57,680 nt of DNA from a virus (IMGVR_UViG_3300044859_001932:1-57680); one strand, 5' to 3'. Positions 26,778 through 37,445 are shown, counted from the stretch's first letter. Made by a program: numbers and translations. The notes: generated from the letters alone by a model not told the origin.

Positions 26778-27917
26778 TTAGTTTGATAAAGGTGCTTTAA
26801 TTGTTGGGTGTGATTGATAATTTTCAACAACAAAATCAGTATTATCCAAATGTGTTATTAAACTTAAATCTTCACCTAAGGATTTATAAAACTCATCTGT
26901 TTTCATATGTTTTAATGTTGGTAATGGAAATGGCTCCCTAGTTTTTATTCTCGGAATATCCCATTGGTCAATTTCAGAATGTGATAGTGTGCTACTGTCT
27001 CCAGCATTATAAATTTGATTAAACATTTCTTGTGTAACCATTTTTCTTCTTTCTTCTAAACTTAATTCTCTTCCAATTTGTTCTTTAGCCTGTTCAATAT
27101 GGTTCAAATACAAATGTACATCACCTAAGTTACCAATCAATTCATCAGGAACCATATTTACTTCTTTTGCAATTATTTCTAATAACAATCCATAAGAAGC
27201 AATGTTGAATGGTAAACCTAAGAATGTATCTACTGAACGTTGATTCCACATTAAAGAGATTGCTCTATATTTTCCAGGATTAACAATCTTTTCATCTCTT
27301 GTGGTTGGACGTGTATAAACTTGAAATCCATAATGACAAGGCGGAAGAACCATTTGGTCTAACTCTCCAACATTCCAGCTGTTTACCATTAATCGTCTTG
27401 AGTCTGGGTTTGTTTTAAGGTCGTTGATTAGGTTTTGGATTTGGTCTACACCATCATATCCTTCTTGTTCATTTGTTGGGTGATTAAAATTCCTCCATTG
27501 TTTACCATAGATAGGACCTAATTCACCAAACGTTTTAGCATGCCATTTATCAAGACCTATTGCCTTAATCAACTCATCTTTTGTAAATTTTTTTGGCACT
27601 TCAAATGGTGTAGTTTTACTCATGTTTTCATACCATTTCTCATATGCTTTATAAGCATCTCCATCCCAGATGTGGCAATCGTTATCAATAAGATATTTGA
27701 TGTTTGTATCACCTCGAAGGAACCACAGTAATTCAGTCACCATAGTTTTCCAAGCTATCCTCTTAGTTGTAAGCAACGGAAATCCATCCTTCATGGTATG
27801 ACGGATACTGTAACCGAAAATTGATTTAGTTCCGGTGCCTGTACGGTCTTTCTTTTCTATTCCATAATCCAAAATAGATTGGAGAAGATCTGTGTATTGT
27901 TTATCTAAACTATTCAT
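26778..27917 (-). CDS. thyA: thymidylate synthase
   Basis: DRTGTGT, FPLLTTK, ELLWFL, LGPIYGKQWR, LPPCH, QRSVDTFLGLPFNIASY, HLYLNH; two insertions. Confidence 0.97.
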   Translation of the reverse strand: MNSLDKQYTDLLQSILDYGIEKKDRTGTGTKSIFGYSIRHTMKDGFPLLTTKRIAWKTMVTELLWFLRGDTNIKYLIDNDCHIWDGDAYKAYEKWYENMSKTTPFEVPKKFTKDELIKAIGLDKWHAKTFGELGPIYGKQWRNFNHPTNEQEGYDGVDQIQNLINDLKTNPDSRRLMVNSWNVGELDQMVLPPCHYGFQVYTRPTTRDEKIVNPGKYRAISLMWNQRSVDTFLGLPFNIASYGLLLEIIAKEVNMVPDELIGNLGDVHLYLNHIEQAKEQIGRELSLEERRKMVTQEMFNQIYNAGDSSTLSHSEIDQWDIPRIKTREPFPLPTLKHMKTDEFYKSLGEDLSLITHLDNTDFVVENYQSHPTIKAPLSN

Positions 27918-28480
27918 TTCTTTAGATCTTTTTTAATATCTTTTTCTACTGTTTTTAAATATGATTCTCTCTTTTCTTGCGAAACAAAAGGCACACTCCA
28001 AAACTGCCTTGTTTTTGTCTTAAACCAACCAAAGACAAATGAATAAACACCCATTACTAATCTCAATTTAACCGAGTTAAAATACAATGTTTGAACAGGA
28101 AGAGCTGGTGCTCCGTGTGTTAAATATGTTCTAACTTTTTTATCACTTAATAGTGGTTTTGGATAACCGTACAATTTAGTTAGTGGTATAAAATTATATG
28201 CAAATCCCGGTGTGAAAACTTCATCAAAAAATGTTTCCATTTTTGGGGTTAATCTAAACCACCAAACGGGGGATACTATATAAATTCTATCTGACCAGGT
28301 AACTGTGTCCTTATAAGATTTTACTAAATCGAGTTTAGTACTGGTAAAATCATCGCCATATAAATCTATCACCCTAATTGATTCGTTTGCCTCTTGTAGT
28401 GTTTTATGGATTGTTTTATGTATACCGTTATAACAAAAAGACCCTGTGTTTGGGTGTGCTATTATTATTAGGTTATTCAT
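27914..28480 (-). CDS. flavodoxin-fold NAD(P)H dehydrogenase/quinone reductase
   Basis: IIAHPNTGSF, DLY, PVWW, FDEVFTPGFAY. Confidence 0.88.
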   Translation of the reverse strand: MNNLIIIAHPNTGSFCYNGIHKTIHKTLQEANESIRVIDLYGDDFTSTKLDLVKSYKDTVTWSDRIYIVSPVWWFRLTPKMETFFDEVFTPGFAYNFIPLTKLYGYPKPLLSDKKVRTYLTHGAPALPVQTLYFNSVKLRLVMGVYSFVFGWFKTKTRQFWSVPFVSQEKRESYLKTVEKDIKKDLKK

Positions 28481-28688
28481 TATCGAAATATTTTTTAATC
28501 ATCTCTAATCTATCCTCAGCTTCGGCTAAAAGTTGTAACGATTCTGTTGCATCCTTAAGGAAATCGTTTGCCGTGTGATCGCCGATACCAACCCCTTTAT
28601 TTTCTAATAGATCTAAAGACATTAAAGCCTTTTCCCTGTCTGCTAATGCCTGAGCTTTTAGCGCTAATATTACCCTTGTTTTTTTCAT
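28473..28688 (-). CDS. conserved phage hypothetical protein
   Basis: VGIGDH motif, coiled-coil. Confidence 0.75.
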   Translation of the reverse strand: MKKTRVILALKAQALADREKALMSLDLLENKGVGIGDHTANDFLKDATESLQLLAEAEDRLEMIKKYFDNE

Positions 28689-28689
28689 T

Positions 28690-29280
28690 TTATTTTATAA
28701 TGTATATTCTATTTATTGAATTACCAAATTTAATTGTAAAAAAACCTGGAGACCATAACTCTATATTAATTTGGTTTTGAGTACTATTCCCCTCATAAAC
28801 AACTTTCCCTAAGTAATTGTAAATAATCACTTCTACTACTTCTCCTTCATATTCAAATGATAATTCATTTGACGTAGGATTTGGATAAAAAATTATTGGG
28901 GTTTGTTTTACAATATTTACTCTATTAATTTCCCCTATTTCTGGTTCTTTACAAGTGACACGAATTTCTTCATATATAAAGGTATCACAATTTGTACATT
29001 TATTTTTGAATATGGATTTAATTAAAAACACCCCAGAATCTTGAAAAACATGTTTAAATATTCTTCCTTCATGGTTTTTTTGAGGATAATCTTTAATCCT
29101 TAAATTTTTTATGTAAGTAATGTATGAAACACAAGTATCTTTTGAACCTAATTCAAAAGTGTAAGTATTACACTTATTTGAATAATATATTCCTTGTTTG
29201 GACCAATCACATTTTGAAGTTTGACCCCATGTAAAAAATGATATTAAAATCATTACCGTTGTTAAAATTGTTTTTTTCAT
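28690..29280 (-). CDS. secreted protein with T9SS type A sorting (Por CTD)-like domain
   Basis: N-terminal signal peptide; C-terminal FYPNPTS...IYNYLGKVV...G..TIK...RIYIIK. Confidence 0.8.
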   Translation of the reverse strand: MKKTILTTVMILISFFTWGQTSKCDWSKQGIYYSNKCNTYTFELGSKDTCVSYITYIKNLRIKDYPQKNHEGRIFKHVFQDSGVFLIKSIFKNKCTNCDTFIYEEIRVTCKEPEIGEINRVNIVKQTPIIFYPNPTSNELSFEYEGEVVEVIIYNYLGKVVYEGNSTQNQINIELWSPGFFTIKFGNSINRIYIIK

Positions 29281-30085
29281 ATTTTTTTATTTTTTATTTA
29301 AAATTTAGTACCATTCATTTCTATAGCATGAAATAATTCCTTTCTAATCAGATTATTTTTCCATAAAAAACACTGAATTTGTTTGTAGACATTACGGAAT
29401 TATATTTTATTTCTCTGTGTGAACAACAAGTATGTTTGCAAGCAATACTTACTGCTATAGATTCACATTTCATTTTTTTAGTAATATAATCATGAATTTG
29501 TTGTGTTAATGATTCTTGCATTTAAGGCCGACGAGCAAACCATTTAACAATACGTCCCAAATAATTCCACCGTACCCCCTACAAAATACAATTAACTACT
29601 ATAATAGTTAAAATACTTACCACCCACAAAATCATGTAGGTGAGTTGATTGGATAATACATTAATTAGAATGTTTTTCATATTTTATTGTTTTTAAATTT
29701 GTTGTGTCTGATGATTTATATTGATGCTTTTCTTTGTTGTGTTGACGCTTTTCTTTTATAACCGCCGTTGTTGTTACTAATACAGGAATGACCCAACTAA
29801 TAATAAATATTATTTTTACAATCATTTTGTCATAATATTAGATACTACAACTATTGCTACCGCAATTAACACTAATACAAAGGCCAGCACTGTGGCTCCT
29901 ATTGCTGCTTTAATCATTAATTTATACATTGAAATTTATTAATTGGTTTAGCCGTTGGATTTCTTCAATTACATCATCACCTAATTCAATTTTAGAAATT
30001 ATCGATAAGTCAATTACTTGACTGTATAATACTTTGATTAACTGGTCTTTTGCTTCCTCTTTATTCATGATTTTATTTTTACTTA

Positions 30086-30340
30086 TTAATAAATTTTAAG
30101 GTGTGGGTATTCTGTTATCTCTACGAATCTTTTATCAACTTTATAATACTTTTCTAATACTTCATCTAACAATTTCTCTTTCGAATCTTGGAAATAAAGA
30201 TAACGAGCTGATCCATATCCCATATCAACTATGTAGCCAATGTATTTCCAACTCATGAATGATCTTCTTTGGATTAGATAATTATTCTTCCCTTTTACGA
30301 ATCTTATTTTAATTCTCATTTTCCTCATTATTAATTTCAC
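30086..30340 (-). CDS. hypothetical protein
   Basis: Basic 84-aa ORF. Confidence 0.6.
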   Translation of the reverse strand: MKLIMRKMRIKIRFVKGKNNYLIQRRSFMSWKYIGYIVDMGYGSARYLYFQDSKEKLLDEVLEKYYKVDKRFVEITEYPHLKIY

Positions 30341-30503
30341 CGGTTTCTAAATCAAACCAAACTGTTTCTGGTCCTTCGTTACCCATCTGTGATAGAGCTT
30401 TCTGCAGCATTGGTCCTAAAACTTGATTCATCCATTGGTCCTGTGTCAGATCCGAATCTGGATTATTCTTTAGGTAATTTTTGTACTGTAATTCTAATGT
30501 CAT
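30309..30503 (-). CDS. hypothetical protein
   Basis: 64-aa ORF. Confidence 0.6.
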   Translation of the reverse strand: MTLELQYKNYLKNNPDSDLTQDQWMNQVLGPMLQKALSQMGNEGPETVWFDLETGEINNEENEN

Positions 30504-30521
30504 GTTGATTTATTTTTAATA

Positions 30522-31514
30522 TTAATGCGACCCAAAGCCAATCTCTTTCTGCTTTTTACCTTTCGGTGTTTTTTTCATACCTTTAAGATGCTCTATTGCA
30601 TTTTCGTATTTGTTGTCTAGCAACACAACCGAAATAAAGAGTTCTTTTAAATGAGAAATAGAAAGATCCTCTGTATCATCTAACCATTTCTCTATATTTA
30701 TATCGATTTTATTATCCCCTATTTTATTTTCTAGGTAGGATTTTCTAACCTCTCTAGAAGGTGGAGCAACATAATATCTTCGGTCAAAACGGGAAGGTCT
30801 ATTAGTAATCCTTTCCTCTAGTTTTTCTGGGTAGTTCGTTGTTGCTATATAAACAACATTTTCGATTTGTTTAATTCCATCAAGAATATTAAGTAACACT
30901 GAAGTTGAATAATTGCTATCCCCTGCAACGCTATCGATATCTTCGATAATAACAACTAGTGGACGATCAGGTTCAATCTGTCTTAACTTTGGAACCATTT
31001 CAACATATGCTTTGATAGAGTCTTCGTTTTTAATATTGATAACAACACCTGATAACTCCTTGATGATGTGCATCATGCAAAGCTGTAAAATACCTGACTT
31101 ACCACATCCAGGATCCCCATATAAAAGAATACCCCTTTTGTGCATAAGATTATATGATTTATAAAGTTCTGCTTTTTTCCAGAATAATTTTATATCAGTC
31201 AGGATTTCGTGAATCTCAACTGTGGGAAGCTCGTATAACTCATCAGTGTTAATGGTTTGTCCCATTACGCACCACTCATTAGCTCTGTTGTTCCATTCAA
31301 ATTCATACAGACCCGCAGGAAGTTGTTTCTCTGCTTTAGGAGCTGCGATATAACTACCGTCACCCATAATAGACCATTGGGCAAAATCACTCTTTTTCTC
31401 TTCATCCCCCGAGTGATAAATCACTTCATCAGTAAGATAGTCGTCAGCTTCTATTTCAATATTTCGCATGCCTAAATCTGCCATTATTTTTTCTCTAATT
31501 TTTCTTCTTGACAT
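30522..31514 (-). CDS. AAA+ ATPase
   Basis: GILLYGDPGCGKS, IIEDID, LLNILDG, ATTNYPE, RPSRFD. Confidence 0.93.
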   Translation of the reverse strand: MSRRKIREKIMADLGMRNIEIEADDYLTDEVIYHSGDEEKKSDFAQWSIMGDGSYIAAPKAEKQLPAGLYEFEWNNRANEWCVMGQTINTDELYELPTVEIHEILTDIKLFWKKAELYKSYNLMHKRGILLYGDPGCGKSGILQLCMMHIIKELSGVVINIKNEDSIKAYVEMVPKLRQIEPDRPLVVIIEDIDSVAGDSNYSTSVLLNILDGIKQIENVVYIATTNYPEKLEERITNRPSRFDRRYYVAPPSREVRKSYLENKIGDNKIDINIEKWLDDTEDLSISHLKELFISVVLLDNKYENAIEHLKGMKKTPKGKKQKEIGFGSH

Positions 31515-31563
31515 TTTATGTAGATTATATTATTTTATATTTTCTAATATTATTTAGTTTCAT

Positions 31564-32301
31564 TTAGCTTAAATAATTTGACATGTTAATAGCGGCTTGT
31601 TCAGCTTCTCCCCATGTACTTATCGTTATATTTCCTCTTCTATTAAATGGTATAATCGATGCTATTTCAAACTCTTTACCCTCATCTAGCCATCCCTCTT
31701 TTCTGTTTCTGATTTCCCTCTTATTAGCTAATTTTTTATACTTGTCCCATTCTTCTTTTAAGTAATCGGATTCATCAGGAACATAATTTTCATTAAATAA
31801 CCTATCGCCCAATCTAAATATATTTCCCCCTCTGTGGCTGTATCCATAATATCCTTTTACGAAAGATGAAAAGTAATCCTCAACTACGCCATTCCTTTCT
31901 GCTGGTATATGGAAAAAATCCTTCTCTAAAACTAGTGCAACCCCATTAGGCTTTTTCTGGGTTACAATCATCTGGTTTCTGTAATATCTCCATCCATCAG
32001 ATAGATTCCCGATGTATGTTCCGTCTGGGGCTAAGAAAGAATTTTCTAAAATGTATTCGTCATTAATGAATTTATGCTCTCCTATAATTCCCCCAGTATA
32101 CAGATTGATGAGTTTAACCTTTTCCGGATCAGGGATAAACCCATTAAGATTCCTTCTGACATAAATCCTAGAAACCAACTTGGTGAATCCCAGATTTAAG
32201 TGGACCTTATTAAGTTTGTTGTTTCCTGAAGAATACCAAGGGGACTTCTCAAATTTCAATCGGATCTTTCCTAAATAAGGGGTTTGATTTTTTATTAACA
32301 T
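31564..32301 (-). CDS. hypothetical protein
   Basis: 245 aa; YGYSHRG. Confidence 0.75.
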   Translation of the reverse strand: MLIKNQTPYLGKIRLKFEKSPWYSSGNNKLNKVHLNLGFTKLVSRIYVRRNLNGFIPDPEKVKLINLYTGGIIGEHKFINDEYILENSFLAPDGTYIGNLSDGWRYYRNQMIVTQKKPNGVALVLEKDFFHIPAERNGVVEDYFSSFVKGYYGYSHRGGNIFRLGDRLFNENYVPDESDYLKEEWDKYKKLANKREIRNRKEGWLDEGKEFEIASIIPFNRRGNITISTWGEAEQAAINMSNYLS

Positions 32302-32302
32302 T

Positions 32303-32641
32303 TTATAATAGATAATTAACTAATAGACATGATAATTTATAACCAGTAAATGCTCCCAATGCAGAGGGTATCGGGAACACAATAAGTTTCCCCAGATCGG
32401 TCACATACTTTGGACGATTTACTATTCTACCAAGATAAAAATAGTAAACAAAATAACCAATAAACACAGCAAAATCAACTTTGGTTGATATGAAAACAAC
32501 CAAGGTAGCACCAATAAATCCGTAAAGAAAATTATCTCTAACCCCTTCCCAGATCTCCGCCGTGGTAGCATCTTTATATTCCTTAACTATTTTATCGATC
32601 CGGATAATCCCTTTACCGCGTTTCCCTATTTCCATTTCCAC
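32303..32641 (-). CDS. membrane protein
   Basis: Three hydrophobic segments; the annotated start overlaps a promoter motif and is uncertain. Confidence 0.65.
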   Translation of the reverse strand: MEMEIGKRGKGIIRIDKIVKEYKDATTAEIWEGVRDNFLYGFIGATLVVFISTKVDFAVFIGYFVYYFYLGRIVNRPKYVTDLGKLIVFPIPSALGAFTGYKLSCLLVNYLL

Positions 32642-32672
32642 AAATATAATGTTTGACTACGCATTAAAAAAA

Positions 32673-33278
32673 TTAAATACGGGATTCTTTTAGATTTTTT
32701 ATTTGAGCTTCATATAACCTATTCTGATCCTCAATCAGGACAAGGCTGCTTCTTGCATTTTTCCAGTAGTAGTAGAATTTATCACAGAGTTTTTTTGTTA
32801 GCTCTATTTTCTCTTTATGTAGGAATCTTGGTTCTTTTATGGTGGTAACCACACCGTAAGAATTTACGTACATTAGCCCTGCATAATCAGGAACTTCGTC
32901 TGCCTTAATTAACCCCTCTGGAACGCAATAATAAAACTTATTAGGCCTAAATTTCCATTCGACCGGAGCGTAATAATGTTCTGATATTCTTTTCTTTGTT
33001 TCAGTGTCATTATGATATCTATACTTCTTCTTCATATAGATGCCCTCATTTAATATAAGGTGCTTATTCTTCTTTTTGAAATCATTTAAGAAATCAGATC
33101 TGCTGATTTTTATTTCTATCTCATAACAGTACCCGCTTTTCTGAACTACCAGAAAATCTGTCTCCCAATCTTCTTTAAAAAGATAAAGATTACCTGCGGT
33201 ATATTTAATATTTCCGCTATCGAATCTTTTCTCTAGATTTTTCTGAATGGTTTTTTCGCTGTGCTTGATATCTGCCAT
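32673..33278 (-). CDS. PD-(D/E)XK nuclease-like protein (MmcB-like)
   Basis: ETDF...EIEIKISRSDFLND...PNKFYYCVP...YAGL. Confidence 0.8.
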   Translation of the reverse strand: MADIKHSEKTIQKNLEKRFDSGNIKYTAGNLYLFKEDWETDFLVVQKSGYCYEIEIKISRSDFLNDFKKKNKHLILNEGIYMKKKYRYHNDTETKKRISEHYYAPVEWKFRPNKFYYCVPEGLIKADEVPDYAGLMYVNSYGVVTTIKEPRFLHKEKIELTKKLCDKFYYYWKNARSSLVLIEDQNRLYEAQIKNLKESRI

Positions 33279-33287
33279 TTCTATTAG

Positions 33288-33944
33288 TTAATCCCACCAC
33301 CCACGAAGACCTGTACCATCAAACCATTCGTAGTAATGGTCACGTTCTCTCTGTTCTTCCTCTGTTAATGATTCTGATAGCTTTTGATATTCTTCGTGAT
33401 TCTGACCTTGTAGAATCCTAAATAATTCTTTCCATTCTTGCTCTCCTATTTCACGAGCTCTTTCAAACACCTTTCTATTATGAGCTTTTTCTTCGTCAGT
33501 GTCTTTATCAACTAATCTAGAATATCCTGGTTTATCTTCAACTTCCTTAAATTCCAATTCGTGATGTATAACCTCTCCCAATTCTGCTTCTGCCATTTCA
33601 ATGTACAGATCTTCATTGTAGTTCCTCATAAGCTCCGCAGCTCTCTTCATCGCTTTGACTTTTTTTAGTCTGCTGATGTCAACCTCATTACCGTGTGTTT
33701 CTATTTTGTCGCTCATATCGGAAATCCCTATTTCCAGAAATTTTAGTAAAGCGTGATGATCCCACCAGTAGTGATTTGCTAGCGGCTTTCTGAATTTCCA
33801 AACGTTCTTTATGAATCTGGGAATATCATATCTGAATAGCGAGTATGTTTTATACCACCATGTATTGTGTCTTATCAATCTTTTGATGCTATCACCAAAT
33901 GTGTCTGCGAATCCTATTACCATAAAAAATGATTTGTTTTTCAT
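33288..33944 (-). CDS. hypothetical protein
   Basis: 218 aa ending GWWD. Confidence 0.75.
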   Translation of the reverse strand: MKNKSFFMVIGFADTFGDSIKRLIRHNTWWYKTYSLFRYDIPRFIKNVWKFRKPLANHYWWDHHALLKFLEIGISDMSDKIETHGNEVDISRLKKVKAMKRAAELMRNYNEDLYIEMAEAELGEVIHHELEFKEVEDKPGYSRLVDKDTDEEKAHNRKVFERAREIGEQEWKELFRILQGQNHEEYQKLSESLTEEEQRERDHYYEWFDGTGLRGWWD

Positions 33945-33970
33945 AGATTACGATCAAAGCAAAGTTTCAC

Positions 33971-34001
33971 AAAAAAAGCCAGATAAACTATATCTGGCTT
34001 T
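33971..34001 (-). terminator. intrinsic terminator
   Basis: AAAAAAAGCCAGATA...TATCTGGCTTT. Confidence 0.75.
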
Positions 34002-34020
34002 AAATATTATAAGGTTTTAA

Positions 34021-34425
34021 TTATTCTTCGTCTTCTTCACCTTCTTCTTTCTCATCATCTTCAACCTCTGGCTTTTCCTCATCTTCAACTTCAACCTCAA
34101 ACTCTATGTTCTCAGGCTCGATCATTTCTTCTCCTGATTCTTCTGATGATCCTGCACCTTCAATTTCGTTTCTGATCCAATCAGCAACTTCTTGAATATC
34201 GTCTTTAGACGTAGCAATATGATCAGCAGCCCAATCGTGACCATTCCTAAGATGGTTATCAACTTCTTCCGGATCCATTTTAAGAATTTCTTCTATGTAA
34301 TGTTTAATTGAAGTTAAGTTTGCAAAAAACATGTAGTGCTGTTTTCCACCTTCCATGTTATTGTCGTCTTCCGCTATTTCCATAGCTTTTTTCTTAAAGT
34401 CGTCAAATGATACTATTCTTTCCAT
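34021..34425 (-). CDS. acidic hypothetical protein
   Basis: 134 aa; GATATATA upstream. Confidence 0.75.
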   Translation of the reverse strand: MERIVSFDDFKKKAMEIAEDDNNMEGGKQHYMFFANLTSIKHYIEEILKMDPEEVDNHLRNGHDWAADHIATSKDDIQEVADWIRNEIEGAGSSEESGEEMIEPENIEFEVEVEDEEKPEVEDDEKEEGEEDEE

Positions 34426-34463
34426 TTTTTAAATTTTTATGTTTATGTATATATCTATTTTAA

Positions 34464-35051
34464 TTATCTAATTGAGTAATCAGTGTATTTAGTCTTGACC
34501 GGGGTCTCATTAGGAAAATAGTACTTTATAGTCTTTTTAGACCTTTCTAAGTAGATTGTTTTATAAAATCCGGTAGGAACGGTAGCTCCTGAGGGCAATA
34601 AGATAGATTTTTTGTCAAAAACAAGAGTTACTGTAACTATAACATTTTCAGTCTTAGCCAATTCTCTCTCATATTTTTCTAGCATTTTCCATACACCTCT
34701 GTTTAAATATTGATTCTGTAAAGCGCAGTTTAAGTAGCTAAAAGTTTGATATAAAAGCTCTTTGGTGCAATTAAAATCAGCTGCTGGAGCTAAATGACCC
34801 TTGTCATATATGTTATTCGCATAATCAGCTGCATCGGAGGTTTTAATCGAGTCATTTGTATAAAAGTCCATACCTTCTCTAGAAGCTGTTCCTTCCGTGC
34901 ATTGCACAGTGTATCTTATCCATGTTGGCTGCTCTAGCTTTTCGTTGTATATTACTTCGTAAATCTGTGTTTTTACCTTAACCGATTCTCTAAGTTTCTG
35001 TCCAAATAATAAGGTCGGTAATAATGCTATTAAGAATATTAATTTTTTCAT
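34464..35051 (-). CDS. secreted DNA/RNA non-specific endonuclease (NucA/EndoG family)
   Basis: Signal peptide; YDKGHLAPAAD, TF.YLN, LNRGVW..LE, VPTGFYK. Confidence 0.92.
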   Translation of the reverse strand: MKKLIFLIALLPTLLFGQKLRESVKVKTQIYEVIYNEKLEQPTWIRYTVQCTEGTASREGMDFYTNDSIKTSDAADYANNIYDKGHLAPAADFNCTKELLYQTFSYLNCALQNQYLNRGVWKMLEKYERELAKTENVIVTVTLVFDKKSILLPSGATVPTGFYKTIYLERSKKTIKYYFPNETPVKTKYTDYSIR

Positions 35052-35090
35052 TAACTTTTTTTACTACTATTTATCTTCGACCTGCCTATT

Positions 35091-37442
35091 TTATTTGGAC
35101 CAGCCCCTAGCCTCTATAGCATCCATTACCTGTTTTGCAGAGATTCTCTTGGTGCACTCAAATTGTCTGGGGGTTCCTTTATGCTCAGGACACCAGAACC
35201 AATCTCCTGGGTCAAATGGGAATCTCTCAGGTGTATTAAAGCAGGAATTACAAACGTCATCCCTGTGAATTCTAATGCAGTCCTCATCAAACTCGTTATC
35301 CTTTGTGGTTACCCCTGATATCACAGCCACTTTTTTACCTAGAGCATGTGCTACCCAAGATAATCCGCTGGAAAGTCCTACGAAGAATTCGCAATGTTCT
35401 ATCCAGTGCATCATTTCAGTAAGTTCCATACCTGTCTTGTTCATGCAGTTCTTTGGGATCTCGTTCCAGTTTCCCTCCGTACCAAAGCTATAATATCGAT
35501 CTATGCAAACTGGGGTTAGTCCCTTCTTAGTAAGCATGTCGCATAATTTTTCCCAGGAATTGTTATTGTTCCAATGCTTAGCCTGTGCAGTACTGTGACT
35601 GGAAAAGCAAACATATTTCTTATTTAGTGGGGAAGGTTTTCCTGATGTCTTTAGCTGTGGTCTAACTTTGCCCATATCACCTAATCCTAGCTGTTTAGCG
35701 AAGCCTATTTGTAAAGGTAAGTCATAGATATAGTCACAGCATATAATGTCCGTATAAGCGCTTAAATCACCCGGCATTTGTATCAGATTTACATTGGGAT
35801 ATAATTCTTTGTAAAGAAATCCAAAATTAGATACCACATCACACACTTTGCCCAATCTTCTAGCATATTCTTCTGCATAGGGCATGAAAGATATAGTGTC
35901 ACCCAATGCCGCAGTTTTTAAAATTATAAGTGGGTTGTTTTCTTTAACATGGTTTGGACTAAAGTAAGATATTATCTGATCCGTGTTTAAAACCCGATAA
36001 AATCCAGACTCGTCATCACCATTATATTTAAAATGCGGTAAGTAGATGTCTTCAAGAAACCTTGATTTTTCTGATATAGACGGGATGCACTTAGTTAGAG
36101 ACACAAAGTCCTTAATAATGTCCTTAATATCATCTCTTCTTATGTTTCCGTCCTCTATCAAAACATGCTGATCTGTTAGATCCATCTTGATTGTTTTCAG
36201 AACCTCTGAGCCATCTTTTATAACGATTTCCCAGTCAATATACTCGTTTTTATTATCAGGGACTGTCGACCAAGCTCTTCTGCTTTTTCCAACATTTAAA
36301 AATGATTTAATCGATCCTGTTCTGGCATCTCTAAAAAATATAGCCTGTCCTTCGCCTTCAGGATATGAGCATTTATAAAAATGCGGATCCCTTTTAAACC
36401 AAGAGTAAAATCCATGATCCTCTCTCTTTTCTATTCTCTTAGGAATTGACAGGTAGTCATTAAGTATAAGGCTCTTCTGTGATATCTTACCGAATGAAGC
36501 ATAATCCATAAGCATTCTTGAAACAACAACTTCCCATGATATTAAACTTCTTTTATCTTTACATTCAAGAACATATTGGGGATATCTTTGGAGAACTTCA
36601 GAAACACCATCAACTAGATCTACAGTGTTTGCGGTGTCTACTCTTTTCATCCCTTTTAGATCAGCCTCCATTAAACCAACAACAGGAATACCCATCGCTA
36701 TACTTTCAGTAACTGTTAGGTTAGGATGTCCTGCTTCGATAGCTCCTGGATTTAAAAAGACGTGATGTTTTCTTATTTCAGCAAGCGAATCCTCATAATT
36801 CATGTCGTATATCACATTGAGTCTTATGTACGATGCTATCACATCATTCTTTTCGAAAAACTCCTTGTTGTTTTTACTAGGGCATATTATCGTTATGTGT
36901 AAATTCAGTACTGCTGCACACTCTATGCCTGGAATAAATCCCTTTCTGTCGAATAATGGATCTCCTAAAAGACCATTGTTTGCCATCATGACTAAACTTG
37001 GGCCTTTTTCAATAAGATCTTTGGATCTATCCTCAAAATAATAATCTTCTAAATTAGCCCCGTGGCTAAGGTATCTTAATTGTGGTAAAGAACCAAAATA
37101 ATCAACAAGATATTTAGCATGGACAAATGACAGAACAGATCCTTTTATAGCTTCCAGATTTTGTTTGTAAACATCAGAATCCTTTCCTAAATGATGTGCA
37201 TGGTGATCGTGATGGGAAAAAACGTAAGGAATACCTCTCTCTTTTAAAAGTAAAGCTAGATTAGCCATGTGTACATGGACAATGTCCCATTCACCTAACC
37301 TAACATCATCTGTGTAAATTATTTCAACCTCATGGCCAAGACCTCTTAATACCTTTGTGTATTCCCAGATTATTTTTTCTACTGCTCCCCATCCGTTAGG
37401 TGGTATCGGAATTACCCCTGGTGTGATTTGTGCTATTCTCAT
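35091..37442 (-). CDS. GT4-like glycosyltransferase fused to Aah/TibC-like heptosyltransferase (GT9-like) domain
   Basis: IPPNGWGAVEK N-terminus; ALGDTI, STAQAKHWN, FVGLSSGLSWVA, CNSC...WCP...FECTK. Confidence 0.85.
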   Translation of the reverse strand: MRIAQITPGVIPIPPNGWGAVEKIIWEYTKVLRGLGHEVEIIYTDDVRLGEWDIVHVHMANLALLLKERGIPYVFSHHDHHAHHLGKDSDVYKQNLEAIKGSVLSFVHAKYLVDYFGSLPQLRYLSHGANLEDYYFEDRSKDLIEKGPSLVMMANNGLLGDPLFDRKGFIPGIECAAVLNLHITIICPSKNNKEFFEKNDVIASYIRLNVIYDMNYEDSLAEIRKHHVFLNPGAIEAGHPNLTVTESIAMGIPVVGLMEADLKGMKRVDTANTVDLVDGVSEVLQRYPQYVLECKDKRSLISWEVVVSRMLMDYASFGKISQKSLILNDYLSIPKRIEKREDHGFYSWFKRDPHFYKCSYPEGEGQAIFFRDARTGSIKSFLNVGKSRRAWSTVPDNKNEYIDWEIVIKDGSEVLKTIKMDLTDQHVLIEDGNIRRDDIKDIIKDFVSLTKCIPSISEKSRFLEDIYLPHFKYNGDDESGFYRVLNTDQIISYFSPNHVKENNPLIILKTAALGDTISFMPYAEEYARRLGKVCDVVSNFGFLYKELYPNVNLIQMPGDLSAYTDIICCDYIYDLPLQIGFAKQLGLGDMGKVRPQLKTSGKPSPLNKKYVCFSSHSTAQAKHWNNNNSWEKLCDMLTKKGLTPVCIDRYYSFGTEGNWNEIPKNCMNKTGMELTEMMHWIEHCEFFVGLSSGLSWVAHALGKKVAVISGVTTKDNEFDEDCIRIHRDDVCNSCFNTPERFPFDPGDWFWCPEHKGTPRQFECTKRISAKQVMDAIEARGWSK

Positions 37443-37445
37443 TTC

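Noticed and set aside
29281-30085. Possible ncRNA or regulatory island in an apparent ORF gap
   Set aside because: The region appears to contain several minus-strand ORFs under 60 aa (e.g. MNKEEAKDQLIKVIYSQ... from 30068); no convincing structure or repeat seen.
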